DNA of 64,000 bases, taken from positions 89,256 through 153,255 of the forward strand of contig MCFE01000151.1 in NCBI GenBank assembly GCA_002104905.1, in the 5' to 3' direction. The notes under the pieces were generated by a model. The model searched no databases. It was not told the origin of the DNA and was given only the letters and a program-made list of their open reading frames with translations. This DNA is from Basidiobolus meristosporus CBS 931.73 (Eukaryota; Fungi; Basidiobolomycota). Positions 1 through 12,793 of the stretch are shown piece after piece (within the stretch, counting starts at the first letter, position 1; each line of letters starts with the position of its first letter). The translations under genes were made by a program, and so were the position numbers.

Positions 1-539
1 CTTTAAACTTGTAATTGTAGTGTGGAGATTCTGGAAAGACAGGCTCTCTCTTTATTTTTCAGCTGGGGAAGTCATATATATGAAAATTTTGAAGGATCAA
101 AGTTTTTGGGCGATTGCGCAAGCAATACGCGTGATACAAAGCTAAAATTTTGCAGTGGCGCAGATCGGACATAGGCGCAGCACCTGTGAACATATCACGT
201 GATTTGTTTGGCTGGTTTGAAAGTTACACGTGATCAAAGTCACCATAGTAATCCTAGCAATAAGGCATAGTATATATAATAGTTAGACTCTTTTGGTCAT
301 AACTCCTTAAGTACTGCTTCAAATGAGCTGTAATTTGAAACATGTGTTGGCTACTACGTGTTCTGTATGACATAATATTCTTGGGTGGATTGCTTGTCAG
401 GGTCTGGAGCATTTGTTCATCAAAGTTGGAAATTCTTGATCTTTCACTTGTGTGTTACGATAGCAAAAAGCAAAATAAAGAAATGAGTGCAATATTGGTT
501 TAGAGATATTGTAGTAATGGAATACTTTCCATTACCACA
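1..539 (-). repeat. Ty3/Gypsy LTR, partial (runs off the window start)
   Basis: Highly similar to the right half of the LTRs at 6691-7786 and 12800-13895; same end ...CCATTACCACA, followed by CATC. Confidence 0.9.
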
Positions 540-939
540 CATCACTATGAGCTAAAAATATGCCAAGAATGTCCTGGAAGGTTCTAAAGGGCATAGCACA
601 TCCAACCAATCAGGAATCAGTAGTCTGAAACCTGTGCAACATAGAAATTCCATTTATGGTATTGAAATGGTAGGGATGGTAACACATACCTAGGTCATGT
701 GTCACAGGTACTGTCACGGGTACCTGCCTTATATAGATACATTTATTGATCACAAAGCTGAATAACATCTGGGATAACTAATGCTAATAACTAATCAGGG
801 TAAACATCATATAGGGATAATACTGATAATATGGGCAAAAGAAGAATGGGATAATACTGATAAGATAAAATATAGATAAGTATATCATAATGACTATATG
901 AATAAACTTGTCTGTGGGAGGCATGTTTACCCTACCACA

Positions 940-2860
940 CCGTCATACTGCCAATATAATGCCATCAGAGTCTTGCTGTGAGGCTGTCAAAATACCATCG
1001 AGTTTCTTACCATATAAGGCAATTGTATGTCCGGCCAATTGTATCCGCCTAAAATAGCTATAGAGTGCTAAAAGACCTCAACAATACCATACAAATATTA
1101 TTACAGCACCAATCAAATCTTGTCAAGTTTTATCCCTTTATTTCGTTGAAAAATTGGCAAAACACTGTTTTGATCCCATCATAAGATAGTTAGGAGGGTC
1201 ACTAATTCTAAGCTGCTGGTATTATGATGGTCTCTAAATGGGATCCTGATGGCTGATCCAGATTGGATTCACCCATGGGACCAAATTATTATTCATAGGG
1301 ATTGACTCCATAAATTATCCTTGGCATTTGTTTCAACAGGTGCTGTCTCATTGCATTTTGGGATTTGACTAGACTCATGCGTGGTACTGTTGTTAGTGGA
1401 GATAGACTCACAATCTATCAGTGAGCTTTCTTTGTCAGAGCTGTCACTCTGCATGCATATTCAGAAGGCTGAGGTGAGCCTAAAGGTGTCACAAACTCAT
1501 CTGACTTGTACGGCAAAAGACTGGTTGTAATCCTAGGAATACTTTCTATGCTCTCTGTGTGCTTCTGTTGTGTTGTATTATGATTAGTTTGGGGCTTGTT
1601 CTATAATGTAGAGGCTAATCAACAATATACAACAACTTCCAGTATGCTAATACTGAAATAATGTTTTGGGAGTTAGACATACCAATAGAAGATATAACTT
1701 TTACTAATATCCTCAATCCTGGGCTCAAAATATACAGTAGACAATGTTTATCACTTCTACAGCGGTGTTCTGAACTTCTGTTGACTAATGGGCTTATTTA
1801 CTTTTATAGTAACTTTTCCTTATTTGGAAGTCACTTTCCTTTCTGAGAAGATATTTCCTAATATGGAAATTCTGAACTCCCCTTTAACCTAAAGGGGTGT
1901 GTTGTAGAAGTCTCTAAAGGGGTCTTTAGACCTAAAGGGGTGTCTTTAGAGTAAAGGGGTTTCTTAGAGTGGACTTTTCCAACAGAAAAGTGGTAGTTTC
2001 TTGTAGAACTTAGATTGGATTCTTGTGAGCTTTGCAGTCTCTTTACTGATGTAGTACCGATCAAAGTCAGAATACTCAACAGTGCAAGTGATGCAGGGGA
2101 AGTCTTATAACCTTCAAACTTGTAATTGTAGTGTGGAGATTCTGGAAAGAGAGGCTCTCTCTTTATTTTTCAGCTGGGGAAGTTATATATATGAAAATTT
2201 TGAAGGATCAAAGTTTTTGGGCAATTGCACAAGCAATACGCGTGATACAAAGCTAAAATTTTGCAGCGGCGCAGATTGGACATAGGTGCAGCACCTGTGA
2301 AAATATCACGTGATTTGTCTGGCTGGTTCAAAAGTTACACGCAACTAAAGTCACCATAATAATCCTAGCAATAAGGCATAGTATATATAATAATTGGACT
2401 CTTTTGGTCATAACTCCTTAAGTACTGCTTCAAATGAGCTGTAATTAGAAACATGTGTTGGCTACTACGTGTTCTGTATGATATGATAGTCTTGGGTGGA
2501 TTGCTTGTCAGGGTCTGGAGCATTTGTTCTTCAAAGCTGGAAATTCTTGATCTTTCACTTGTGTGTTACAATAGCAAATGCAAAATAAAGTAATGAGTGC
2601 AATATTGGTTTAGAGATATTGTAGTTGTGGAATACTTTCCATTACCACACTTCATGGCTGAGAGGCTTGCTACAATAGCCACAAGGTCATTTTTCTCTTC
2701 TCTTATGGCATTGAAGCAAAGTAGTCTTGTCCATGGGGCAAACAGCTTGACCTTCAACAAAGTAACACTATTATATCACTTTTTTGTCTATACTCATGTG
2801 AATTTGAGACAGTCTTGTAGCTGAGACATTGCACCTACATGAGTGTAAGATTCAATAATG
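940..2860 (-). pseudogene. Old degenerate Gypsy-like pol remnant (RNase H / integrase zinc-finger region), interrupted by the solo LTR
   Basis: Minus-strand reading next to the solo LTR gives K*PCGYCSKPLS (RNase H P-x-[AG]-Y-x-S-K motif); near 1000-1060 GYNWPDIQ..VRN resembles the integrase YYWP motif. Many stops. Confidence 0.4.
1566..2649 (-). mobile_element. Solo LTR of the Gypsy family, 4-bp TSD CTTC
   Basis: TGTTGTG...CCACA termini; CTTC on both sides (1562-1565, 2650-2653); colinear with the LTRs of the full element. Confidence 0.92.
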
Positions 2861-3810
2861 ACCTGCCATAGTAAGCATAATAAATAAAGTTGTGGCACCA
2901 CATACCCATGTAAATGTAGCATTATTTCCCCTTTGGCTTGACCCACTTCCATGTGTGAGTACTAAGTGCAGTACCCACTCTTTGCCCAAGAGTTCCCCAC
3001 AGAGTCCTACCCAACGTCCCCCAGTATCCTCCCTATGATTCCCCCATGCGCCCTCCCTCCTATCCCTGCCCATATCTAGTTAGAACACTTACCATAACAG
3101 AAAGGTGTTCACACCTCTATTTTATAACTCAATACCTATTATCTAAGCCCTCCCCCAAGTGATATATATATCTACCAAATTGAACCAAGTGAGAGGACAA
3201 GAGGATTTGGATGGAAATAAACACCAGTCTTTATTACCTTACTACCTTCTATTGGAAGCTATTCTGAACCAAGTGGTACTGACTTGACCTAAAAGCTCTC
3301 CCACTCAATACATACAGTCAGTAATAACTCACACCATGTATATACCGCCAAAAAATAAAGCAAAGTTCTCTGGTTCTCAACCAAACCCCACTGCTGATGG
3401 CAGCAGAAGAATGGTTTGACAACAGCTTGCTTTGACATTCAGTGCAACAAGTGGGTCTACATCAAAAAAAGGCCATGTTGATAGTGTGCCTACTGAAGGT
3501 AATAATGTGGACTCCTCAGTCTCTCAGTCAAGTAGGTAATTGAGAACCTCTGCAGAGCTGCAAGCTGACTGTTAGACAAAGTGTTGCAAGCGCAGTACCT
3601 TCAGTTAAAGACCAGTCAATGGCCATCATAACATCACCACCCCCTATATTATCAAGTATGTTGTCAGCTCATACCAAAGCATGAATGAAGCAATTAGGTG
3701 CAGTGGCTAATGGGATAGATGTAATGACCCAGAGAAATCAGGAAATAGTTCAGAAACAGGATGAGCAGATAATATGTGTAGAGTAATCAATATCTCAGGT
3801 AGAGAAAGCA

Positions 3811-5520
3811 GTGTCTCTACTGCAAGAAAGGAACTCAGGTAGCTCAATGTCACAGCCAAGAATTGAACCATTTCACAGTGTAACAGCAGAAGAACACCAT
3901 ACATTCTTTGATGCACAACAACAGTGCCCAAAGATAAAGCCCACAGATAAACCTATCACAGCATGGGAGGGAGACAATGTGGTGTTTATAACAAAGCCTA
4001 AATATCATGAGAGATTGAAGATCTAAGAAGCTGTTGAATGCAATAATGAAGAGTGGGCTAATATTCAAGAGGCTGTCAGAAATCTAGCCTGCCATCACCA
4101 TGAGGCTGGTATACCATGGGACCATCCAGAACTCAAGGCCAAGCATAATGCACTTGACTTCTTCCATGAGCATTATCCTGAACTTATACAGGCAAACAGA
4201 TTTTGTGCAAGCATTGGTATGCAAAGAAAGTATCCAAATAATAGCAGAAACAATCAAGGGCAGATGAACAAGAGTGCAATGGCCAAAAACCATTGGCTTC
4301 ATCAAGTACCTGTTGCTAGCCTGGCCAAAAGCTCCAAACAAGCATCAAAGAGATGTCTGGCAGCTGGAACAGTGTCAATAAGGGGCAAGCAGGCAGAAAC
4401 AGATGCACCAGCACAACATTTATCAAGTAAAAAGCGTAGTCTATTCAAGAAGCATACAGTCAAAGTAGTAGTGAAGGACCTGGCAGTGACAAGATCCAGC
4501 AGCTTTCTAAGCAGCTTGTCACAACTACAGCTGGGAGCTCAAAACAAGCAGTAACAAAACATCAAGTTGCAAGGAGAGTACCAGCAAGGGACAAGCAGGC
4601 CAAAGCAGATGCTTAAGAGCAGAATTTTTTTACGGAGAAAACATAGTTCATTACAAGAAGCACTCCAACAAAGTAGCAGTAAAAGACCTGACAGTGGTAA
4701 AGGAAAATGTAAAGGGAAAAATGTCTACCCAAGCCTAAGACAGGCAAGTGTCAGAAAAAAGCAGCAGTTCTTGCAAATTAATGCCATAAGCCCAGAACAG
4801 ACTGAATTCCATCATAGCCAAGAAGATTTACCAACAAGAAAACAGCTGTTTTCATAAGAGTAGGAAGTGCAGCCAGCTAAGCTACACTCCAGCAAGGTAG
4901 ATGAGTTTGCAGTGAACGGCAGTTGGTCTACCACAGCCTCCACATCCTCCATAGTTGACAGAGTTAAGATCCCATTGACAGACAAGGCTACAATGTCACA
5001 AACTCAAAAGACTATCACAATGCCTTCAGTGGAGTTTTGGAACATTAATAGGCACACCAAGATGTTGCAGCACTTCTTCAAGAGCAGTGCTGAAGAAAAT
5101 GCACTTGAATATTGCAAGGATGGATTGCAAATACTGGCAGATGGGGTGCTAGACCTTGCACTGCCAGCTGAAGACCAGGGCATGTGGGAACCAGTGAATG
5201 AACTGTGTCATAAAGCCATTGGGTTCCTGCCAGAGTCATGGAAACAGAGTGTTACAGCAGAAATACTTATTGAGTGGTAGATTTTGATGAAGTTACTTGT
5301 TGAGTGTGGGGTTGGGCTTAATGTTAGTGTGGGGTATTGGGACTTATATAGGTCAGTACAATTAGCAATTGAGGTACAACTGAAGTTGCAGTGGAAATAT
5401 ATCAATTTGCATGTATGGAAAATAAGAAAAACAGCTGAGTCAGGTATCAAGGAGTGTGAAAAAGAGGCAATAGCCAATCAATGCATACAAACATATGAGG
5501 TGATAGAGTGTCCAGAATGA
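3811..5520 (+). pseudogene. Chain of same-frame ORF fragments, probably a decayed transposon-associated ORF
   Basis: ORFs 3811, 4219, 4567, 4867 and 5284 are all in one + frame, separated by single stops; the region is CpG-depleted; the 4940-5730 part has a diverged copy at about 21530-22326. Confidence 0.35.
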
Positions 5521-5719
5521 GAGATTGAGAAAATTAGCAGAGAACCAATCAGAAGTCACTTTTGTATTGCTGTGATGAAAAATCTTCACCAAGTTTTTTA
5601 TGATATCTGGGGTGCAATTATTTTTGAAGGTCTTTGCACAGTGTTCTGATGGTATCAATGCCTCTTAGTCACAGGACTTAGAATCTGTGATGGCCTTTTG
5701 ATGGGATCATCACAATAAT

Positions 5720-6545
5720 TTTTCATAGGGGTAGTTGGTATGCCTACCAGTTCCATTTCATCTACCAGCAGTTTAATTCTGTTAGTTAGATTTTCCATTT
5801 CATCTCCTGGCAGCATTATGGAGTGATGAGCTTTTGTCTACAATACATTTTCTTAGCAGCTGAGCATGACTGGTAGGTGTTTTCTAATGCCTTCCAGGCA
5901 TTCTTTGCTGTTTTAGCTCTTGAGTATTGAATTAGCAATATGTGTTTGACATTGAGGCAAATGCAGTTAATGGTAATATGCTCTTTCCTCTGATATTATA
6001 AGGATTCCTCTCCCACACTTTTAGGAGGGCATTCTTCTCCCATAGCAATATACCAAAGTCCTCCTTCTTGTAGCAGCATCTACATCATCACTTTCCACAC
6101 CTGGTAGTTAGACCCATCCAACTTTTTGCCAGAGGGAAAAGTTACAGTACCAGTAGTAGTGAGTATTGCTGAAAGTAACAGCTTGGGGCTCATAACCTGT
6201 TGTAAGAGTCTTGGTGATATTGGAAGTGATTTAGAAAATTAGTAGATTAGGTGGTTTTTGCTTAATGATTTATTGAATATAAAAGTAGTATTTATACTTT
6301 TACACAGTCTTGGCATCACAAGCAGTTGAATAGGTTTCAAAAGGACACAAGAACATTGGTGCAAAGCTTGGGGCTGCTTGGATAACTTTGAGAATCTTCA
6401 TGTTCTGGGTACCTGATATTTCATTGAAAATGTTCCAGGTAAATCCCTGCAAGGAATTTTCTCAGTGAAGTCTAGGATTTGAAGGTAATGATCCAAGTGA
6501 ATAAGTTAGGTGAACAGTTAGGTGGAATAACAAACTATTACAACA
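5720..6545 (-). mobile_element. Ty1/Copia 5' fragment (5' LTR 6198-6545, PBS, start of gag)
   Basis: LTR TGTTGTAAGAGTC...TTACAACA preceded by GGGGCTCATAACC (reverse complement of the PBS); the adjacent sequence matches the gag of the Copia at 58596-63280, degraded. Confidence 0.85.
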
Positions 6546-7786
6546 ATGGTCAGGGTACTTCTGTCTATAGAGAACTGTATTCCTAGGTAGTAACCATGTT
6601 TGCCTAGATTGGACACCTTGAACCCCCTAGATAGGCTGGATTTAGTCTCCTCCAATGTTTCAGGCTATTGACAGCTAAAATAAAAACATCTGTTGTGTTG
6701 TATTATGATTAGTTTGGGGCTTGTTCTACAATGTAGAGGCTAATCAACAATATACAACAACTTCCAGTATGCTAATACTGAAATAGTTTATTGGGAGTTT
6801 GATATACCAATAGAAGATATAACTTTCACTAATTTCCTCAATCTTGGGCTCAAAATATACTGTAGGCAGTGTTTATCACTTCTACAGCAGTGTTCTGACC
6901 TTCTGTCGACTAATGGGCTTATTTACTTTTATAGTAACTTTTCCTTATTTGGAAGTCACTTTCCTTTCTGAGAAAATATTTCCTAATATGGAAATTCTGA
7001 ACTCCCCTTTAACCTAAAGGGGTGTGTTGTAGAAGTCTCTAAAGGGGTCTTTAGACTAAAGGGGTGTCTAAAGGGGTGTCTTTAGAGTAAAGGGGCTCCT
7101 TAGAGGGGACTTTTCCGATAGAAAAGTGGTAGTTTCTTGTAGAACTTAGATTGGATTCTTGTGAGCTTTGCAGTCTCTTTACTGATGTAGTACTGATCAA
7201 AGTCAGAATACTCAACAGTGCAAGTGATGCAGGGGAAGTCTTATAACCTTTAAACTTGTAATCGTAGTGTGGAGATTCTGGAAAGAGAGGCTCTCCCTTT
7301 ATTTTTCAGCTGGGGAAGTCATATATATGAAAATTTTGAAGGATCAAAGTTTTTGGGCGATTGCGCAAGCAATACACGTGATACGAAGCTAAAATTTTGC
7401 AGTGGCGCAGATCGGACATAGGCGCAGCACCTGTGAAAATTTCACGTGATTTGATTGGCTGGTTCGAAAGTTACACGCGATCAAAGTCACCATAGTAATC
7501 CTAGCAATAAGGCATAGTATATATAATAATTGGACTCTTTTGGTCATAACTCCTTAAGTACTGCTTCAAATGAGCTGTAATTTGAAACATGTGTTGGCTA
7601 CTACGTGTTCTGTATGACATAATATTCTTGGGTGGATTGCTTGTCAGGGTCTGAAGCATTTGCTCTTCAAAGTTGGAAATTCTTGATCTTTCACTTGTGT
7701 GTTACGATAGCAAAAAGCAAAATAAAGAAATGAGTGCAATATTGGTTTAGAGATATTGTAGTAATGGAATACTTTCCATTACCACA

Positions 7787-7801
7787 AGTCTCCCCTAACT
7801 T
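7787..7801 (-). other. Polypurine tract of the Gypsy element
   Basis: Reverse complement AAGTTAGGGGAGACT lies directly upstream of the 3' LTR. Confidence 0.8.
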
Positions 7802-10800
7802 TGAGAAATAATGCCCTCATAATTACTTCTGATATGGAACTTCTTCAATCTGTTACCAGGTTGTGTCAGTGCAAGTGGTGTACCGTCAAGTTCTGCTAGT
7901 TTGTAAGACCCATTTTTGTTTGCATGTATGATCTTGTAGGGACCTTGCCATCACATATCCAGCTTGGATGCCTTGTTTCTTTGGCTTTTTGTGTTGTGAA
8001 GTAGTATCAGCTCACCTACTTCTAACAATGTTTTTCTTAGGCATTTTTGAGCGTCAAAGTACTCCTTGCCAGCCATTCTGGATTTCTTCAGGTTTTCTTT
8101 TGCATTCTGTTGCAGAGTGTGTGCTTGTTGAATCTGTTGTACTCTTGCTAGCAATAGCTCTGATGTTGTCATTGTTGGTTTCCATGGGAGGGTAAGCCAA
8201 TTCTCAAAAGATATGTCTATAGGCAAAACAGCTTCATGTCCATATATTAAAAAAAATGGTGTATACCCTGTACTTCTTTTAACCGTGACTCTATCAGACC
8301 AAATTGCTGCATGAAAGTTATTTGCCCATTTGTTGGGTTCTTCATAGCTAAGCTTTGCTAATGTGTTTGCAAAAGCAGAATGTCCACGTTCAACTGGTGA
8401 ATTTGCTTGTGGGTGATATGGCGTAGTATGTATAAGCTTGGTTCCATGCTTTGTCGCTAGTGCTTGTATTTCATAAGATCCACATTCTCCATTGTCTGCA
8501 ATGAGGGTGCCAACTGAACCATGTCTGAGATATACATCTTCTTTGAGAAATCTTGCTACTGCTTTTGCATTGGCTTGTTTCAGCATTCTAGCCTCTATCC
8601 AACCAGTAAAGTTATCACGACAGTCCACCACATACTTATACCCAGCTGTTGCCCTTGGTAAATGTATAATATCTACATGTGCAATTTGCCAAGCATAAGA
8701 TGTGTATATACTGTGAAGTGGTTCATGCATCTTTTGGTTGTCTCTTCTTTGACATGGAATACATGATTTCACATCTTCTTTTGTGTTGGTGTAAAGTGTT
8801 GGCCAAAAATACCGTAAAGAGATTTTTGCATATGTTGATGTAATTCCCTTATGACCTCCTGATTCAGATTCATGCGATTCTTGAATGATCTTCTCTTGAT
8901 CATGCTTGTTATGTATATACCGTCAAGGAACTCCATATTTGCTTTTTCTGAAAAGTGTGCCGTCATGCAGTATAAACTTCAGAGCCTTCTTTTTAAAATT
9001 TGTGCGTTGATTTGTGGGAATATCAGCAGGAACTTTGAGTGATGTAAGAAATTCCTTGATTTGTTGATAATTGCTTTGTATCATATGTCTGAATGAGAAT
9101 CCAAGACTAGTGTTTTCAAGAAACTCATCAATCTCATCATCATCAGTTGAGTACGGTGAATTGGGTTGCTTTCTAGATAAGGCATCAGGTCCTTTGTGAT
9201 TGGCTCCTGGTATGTGTTGCAGCGTAAAGTCAAAGATCTGGATGTATGATATCCACCGTGCTAGAATAGGATCAGGCAAAAGTTCCAACTTATTCAACAT
9301 TCCTAATAATGGCTTGGCATCAACCTCCAGTGTGAAGTGTACTCCTAATAAGTATGGCTTTAGCTTTTTGAGTACATAGAGTACTCCCAGTGCTTCCTTC
9401 TTGATAGATGGATAGTTAAGCTCATTCCCTTTGAATAGTCTGCTAAGATATTTGCACGGTTGTCAATGATGATCTTTTGAAACTTGAATCATGATTCCAC
9501 CAACCCCAATTCCAGAGCTATCAACTGATACAATGATTGGTTGTGAATCAATAACACTGTAGTCTATAGCTGCTAAGACAGGTGGCTTTGATAATGACTC
9601 AAGCAATGTCGACATAGCATTTGCCTGTTCTTCATGCCATTCAAATTTCTGGTTTTTCTGTAATAACTGAGTCAGTGGCTTAGCAATTTGAGCATAGTTC
9701 TTGATCCAGATTCTGAATAGACCAGTAAGTCCTAATAATTGTCTGACTTGATGAATATTCCTTGGTGGCTTCCAATTCAGTGCCAATGAAAGTTTTGCAG
9801 GATCAGGCAATCTCCCTTTTTCAGTAACAAGTTCACCTAGAATGATTGCTTTGTTGTAGCCAAACTTGCATTTGGCTCCTGATACAGTCAGACCAGAAGC
9901 TTGAAGTTTCTTCATGACCCTCTCAACTGTGCTTATGTGATCATAAACATATCTTCTTACTTGAGGTAAGACATACGATGTATCTTTTTCTCTGGACTTA
10001 TTCTTAACTGCAATGTCATCAAGAAATGGTCGGCATACCTCAGGGAAACAGTCATCCAAAACTCGAATCATTGCACGTTGATAATTTTGGACAGAGTTTG
10101 TCCATCCTTGAGGAATTCTTGTCATCCTTATGAGTCCTATTGGTGTATCCATAGCGGTGAAATCTCTTGAGGTAGGATCCAGAAGTATTTGGTCATATCC
10201 TGAATAAAGATCCAATGTTGTAATCAGAGGATATCCAGTAAATGACTCAATATACTCATGTCATATGGGTGGTTGCATAGCATCTTTGATGGTGACTTTA
10301 TTCAAATGCTGTACGTCTTGAATAAACCGTAGACTTCCATTTTTCTTCAACGGTGTAAACCAGGGATTGCGATAAGGTCCATAGCTATATTCAATGACTC
10401 CACTTTGAAATCTTGATTGTAGCATTTCAATTACTTTGTTCAGTAATCTTGAGGGAATAGGATATGATCTCAGTGCCCATGGTGTATGTTCAACGGTATG
10501 GATCTTAACCGGTGGAAATAGCTCTGTGGATAAACATCCTCTTTGTGCATCATTAAATGCAAAGACATTGTCATAGCGTTGTAGCATAGTCAAAAAGAGA
10601 CTTCTCTCCTCAGTGGAAAGAGTAGTCCCAATAGCCAACTCCTTGAGCTTCTCTTCTGTGAGTCTGATTTTGTCATATTTGTGCAAAGGCTCCATTTGAG
10701 GATTGTTGTGGGCAGATGGTGAGATTCCAGTAGATACTGGCTTTGCTTTCAATGCAACTGGCTTATACTTGGTATTTGTCTTACTTGTTGTCGATGGAAT

Positions 10801-12732
10801 GAAGTGTTGATCATAAAACAAAATATCCTTATGAACCTGTATGTTTTGTACTGGAATGGTGTCTGCATTTCTTGGATTATTCTCTTCTGCTGCACAAAAG
10901 GTTGCCCTTCTTTTTCGATCGTCAGATGTGATTGTCAGCCATAAGCTTCCATCAGGTCTATTATCAGCTTGTAGAAGAGATTTTCTCTCATATGGTCGTC
11001 CCAACAATACCTCAAAAGTGGGTCCATTGGCAACAATGAAAAAGGGAGAAGTAACCCTGATTCCTCCAATTTCAATTGGTACAGAGTGACAAAGTCCAAG
11101 CATCTTCTCTGTTGCACCTGTAGCAGTTCTCATATTCCAGTCAACTTCTGTCGATGGCAATTTGATTTTTTCAAAAGTCATAGCGGTGATAGCATTGATT
11201 TCTGATCCAGAATCAAAAACACATTCCACTTCAACATTGTTGATTGTAGCAGCATAGCTTCCTGTTGTTATAGAGTAAAAGGCTTTTTCCACTTCAAATC
11301 GTAGTTGTTCACTTGATAACGTTGTTGATGACTGTTCTTGATAATTCTTCAGGATATCTTTGTTCATAGGCTTAACCATTTCTGGTAGTAGTTGACTGAG
11401 ATTGTTGATGGCGGTGAACATTTCTTGATTTGTAAGTTGTGGAAATGGAGATTTCCAGAATTTGTCGATAACTTTCTGTGTAATTGCAGTAGTGTCATAC
11501 TTAGATTGAGGTTGCAAGTGTTCTTTTTGGATTTTTGATGTTTCTGGCTGTACTGGTATTTCAACAATTGGCTGATTTCTTTTGTCAGTACACACTTTTT
11601 TAGGATTGTTCTCTGTAGAAACATACTTTCTCTTATCAATAAGGCAATTAAACTCTTCAACTTCCTCTTTTTCCATTAGATATTCTTGGACCTGCCCTGA
11701 TGGATCTGATATTGTGAGTACGTAACGTTCATTGCTTGGAATTTCTGCAGTCTTTTGGATTTGTATGAAATTTGATGTCTTGGTGCTTTTACTTGATTCT
11801 TCTTGAGCAAGTACATAGGACCTCATTCCACCATAACCTCTGTTGATAGGCAAGGGATTTCCAGCAATATCACAGATCTTCCCATAACGATCAATCATAA
11901 CCTTATGACTGTCAATATCAATATTCAATATTTGACAACCATAACAGCTATGCTCAGCAGATTCACAGTACACACAATATTTGGTTTGCTGTGGATAATT
12001 ACTGGTTGTTTTGGGATTTTCTGGTCTTGCCTTGTTGATGCTTGATGATGGTACACTTTGAGAGTCCAACTTAAGCGTCAGTTTTCCTAATGCATCAATC
12101 AATTCATTAACCTGATCACTTTGTGGGTTATTTGTACGATGAAGAATTTGTTTAGCTGGAGTGGAAATCTTCATTTGAATATTAATGGAATCCATGACTT
12201 GTCTCCCGGATTGATAGTTTAACACCATTTGTTTAACATTGTCGTAGGAGCTTGTAGCCTGAACTTGGTGGCTAATGGCATTACGTATTTCAGGAGGCAT
12301 ATTCATCAGAAAATAGTTTCTTTGATAAAATCTTGGAATTCCAATAGCTGCTTCAACATGCCTTGCTTTTGACTCAAACTTTTGAATGTACTTCTGCAAG
12401 GGTTGGGTCTTGTCGTAAGGCATTTCTAGCTCATTTAGTGTAACAAACTGTGCTTCTTTTTGGTATTCAGCTAAAATAGTTTGTTGAGCAGTGTCCCAGT
12501 TATAGTTAGCGCCAACAGATATCTTAAATGGGTCCAAACTTCGTAAGAATCTTGATACTTCAACTTCACAGAGAAAGGGAAACAATTGGATTTTGTTCTT
12601 GTGTGATAGCTCAAATGCTGCAGCTATATCGTTAAACTCTTCTAGAAACTCAGTAACATTCTCTCCTGAGAATTTTACTGGAATGGCACCTTTGAAAGTG
12701 GCTATTAACTCTGGGAGTGGTGTATTGGTCAT
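7795..12732 (-). pseudogene. Gypsy gag-pol polyprotein in a single frame with four in-frame TGA stops
   Basis: Protease FDSGSEIN, RT DLYSGY / FLDDI, RNase H, integrase H2C2 and rve (HVDII, DNFTG, SPVERGH), GPY motif. The stops at 10261, 9463, 8923 and 7951 are in the same frame and reading across them restores conserved sequence. No chromodomain. Confidence 0.93.
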
Positions 12733-12777
12733 TCTTGTAACGTTTCTTGATGCTTGTATAGTGAAAGGTTCAAACTA

Positions 12778-12793
12778 CCCAGGTCCTCCACCA
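12778..12793 (-). other. Primer-binding site, probably tRNA-Ala
   Basis: TGGTGGAGGACCTGGG lies 6 nt after the 5' LTR; its complement ...GTCCTCC-A-CCA has U70 and discriminator A, as in tRNA-Ala. Confidence 0.6.

Noticed and set aside
3010-3080. Helitron 3' end (CTAGT) or G-quadruplex
   Set aside because: No GC-rich hairpin before CTAG and no Rep/helicase sequence; only a C-rich tract, with no functional evidence.
7951-10263. Alternative genetic code or UGA recoding in the Gypsy pol
   Set aside because: Host genes use TGA as a normal stop (e.g. the zinc-finger gene and VMA9), and CpG decay explains the codons more simply.
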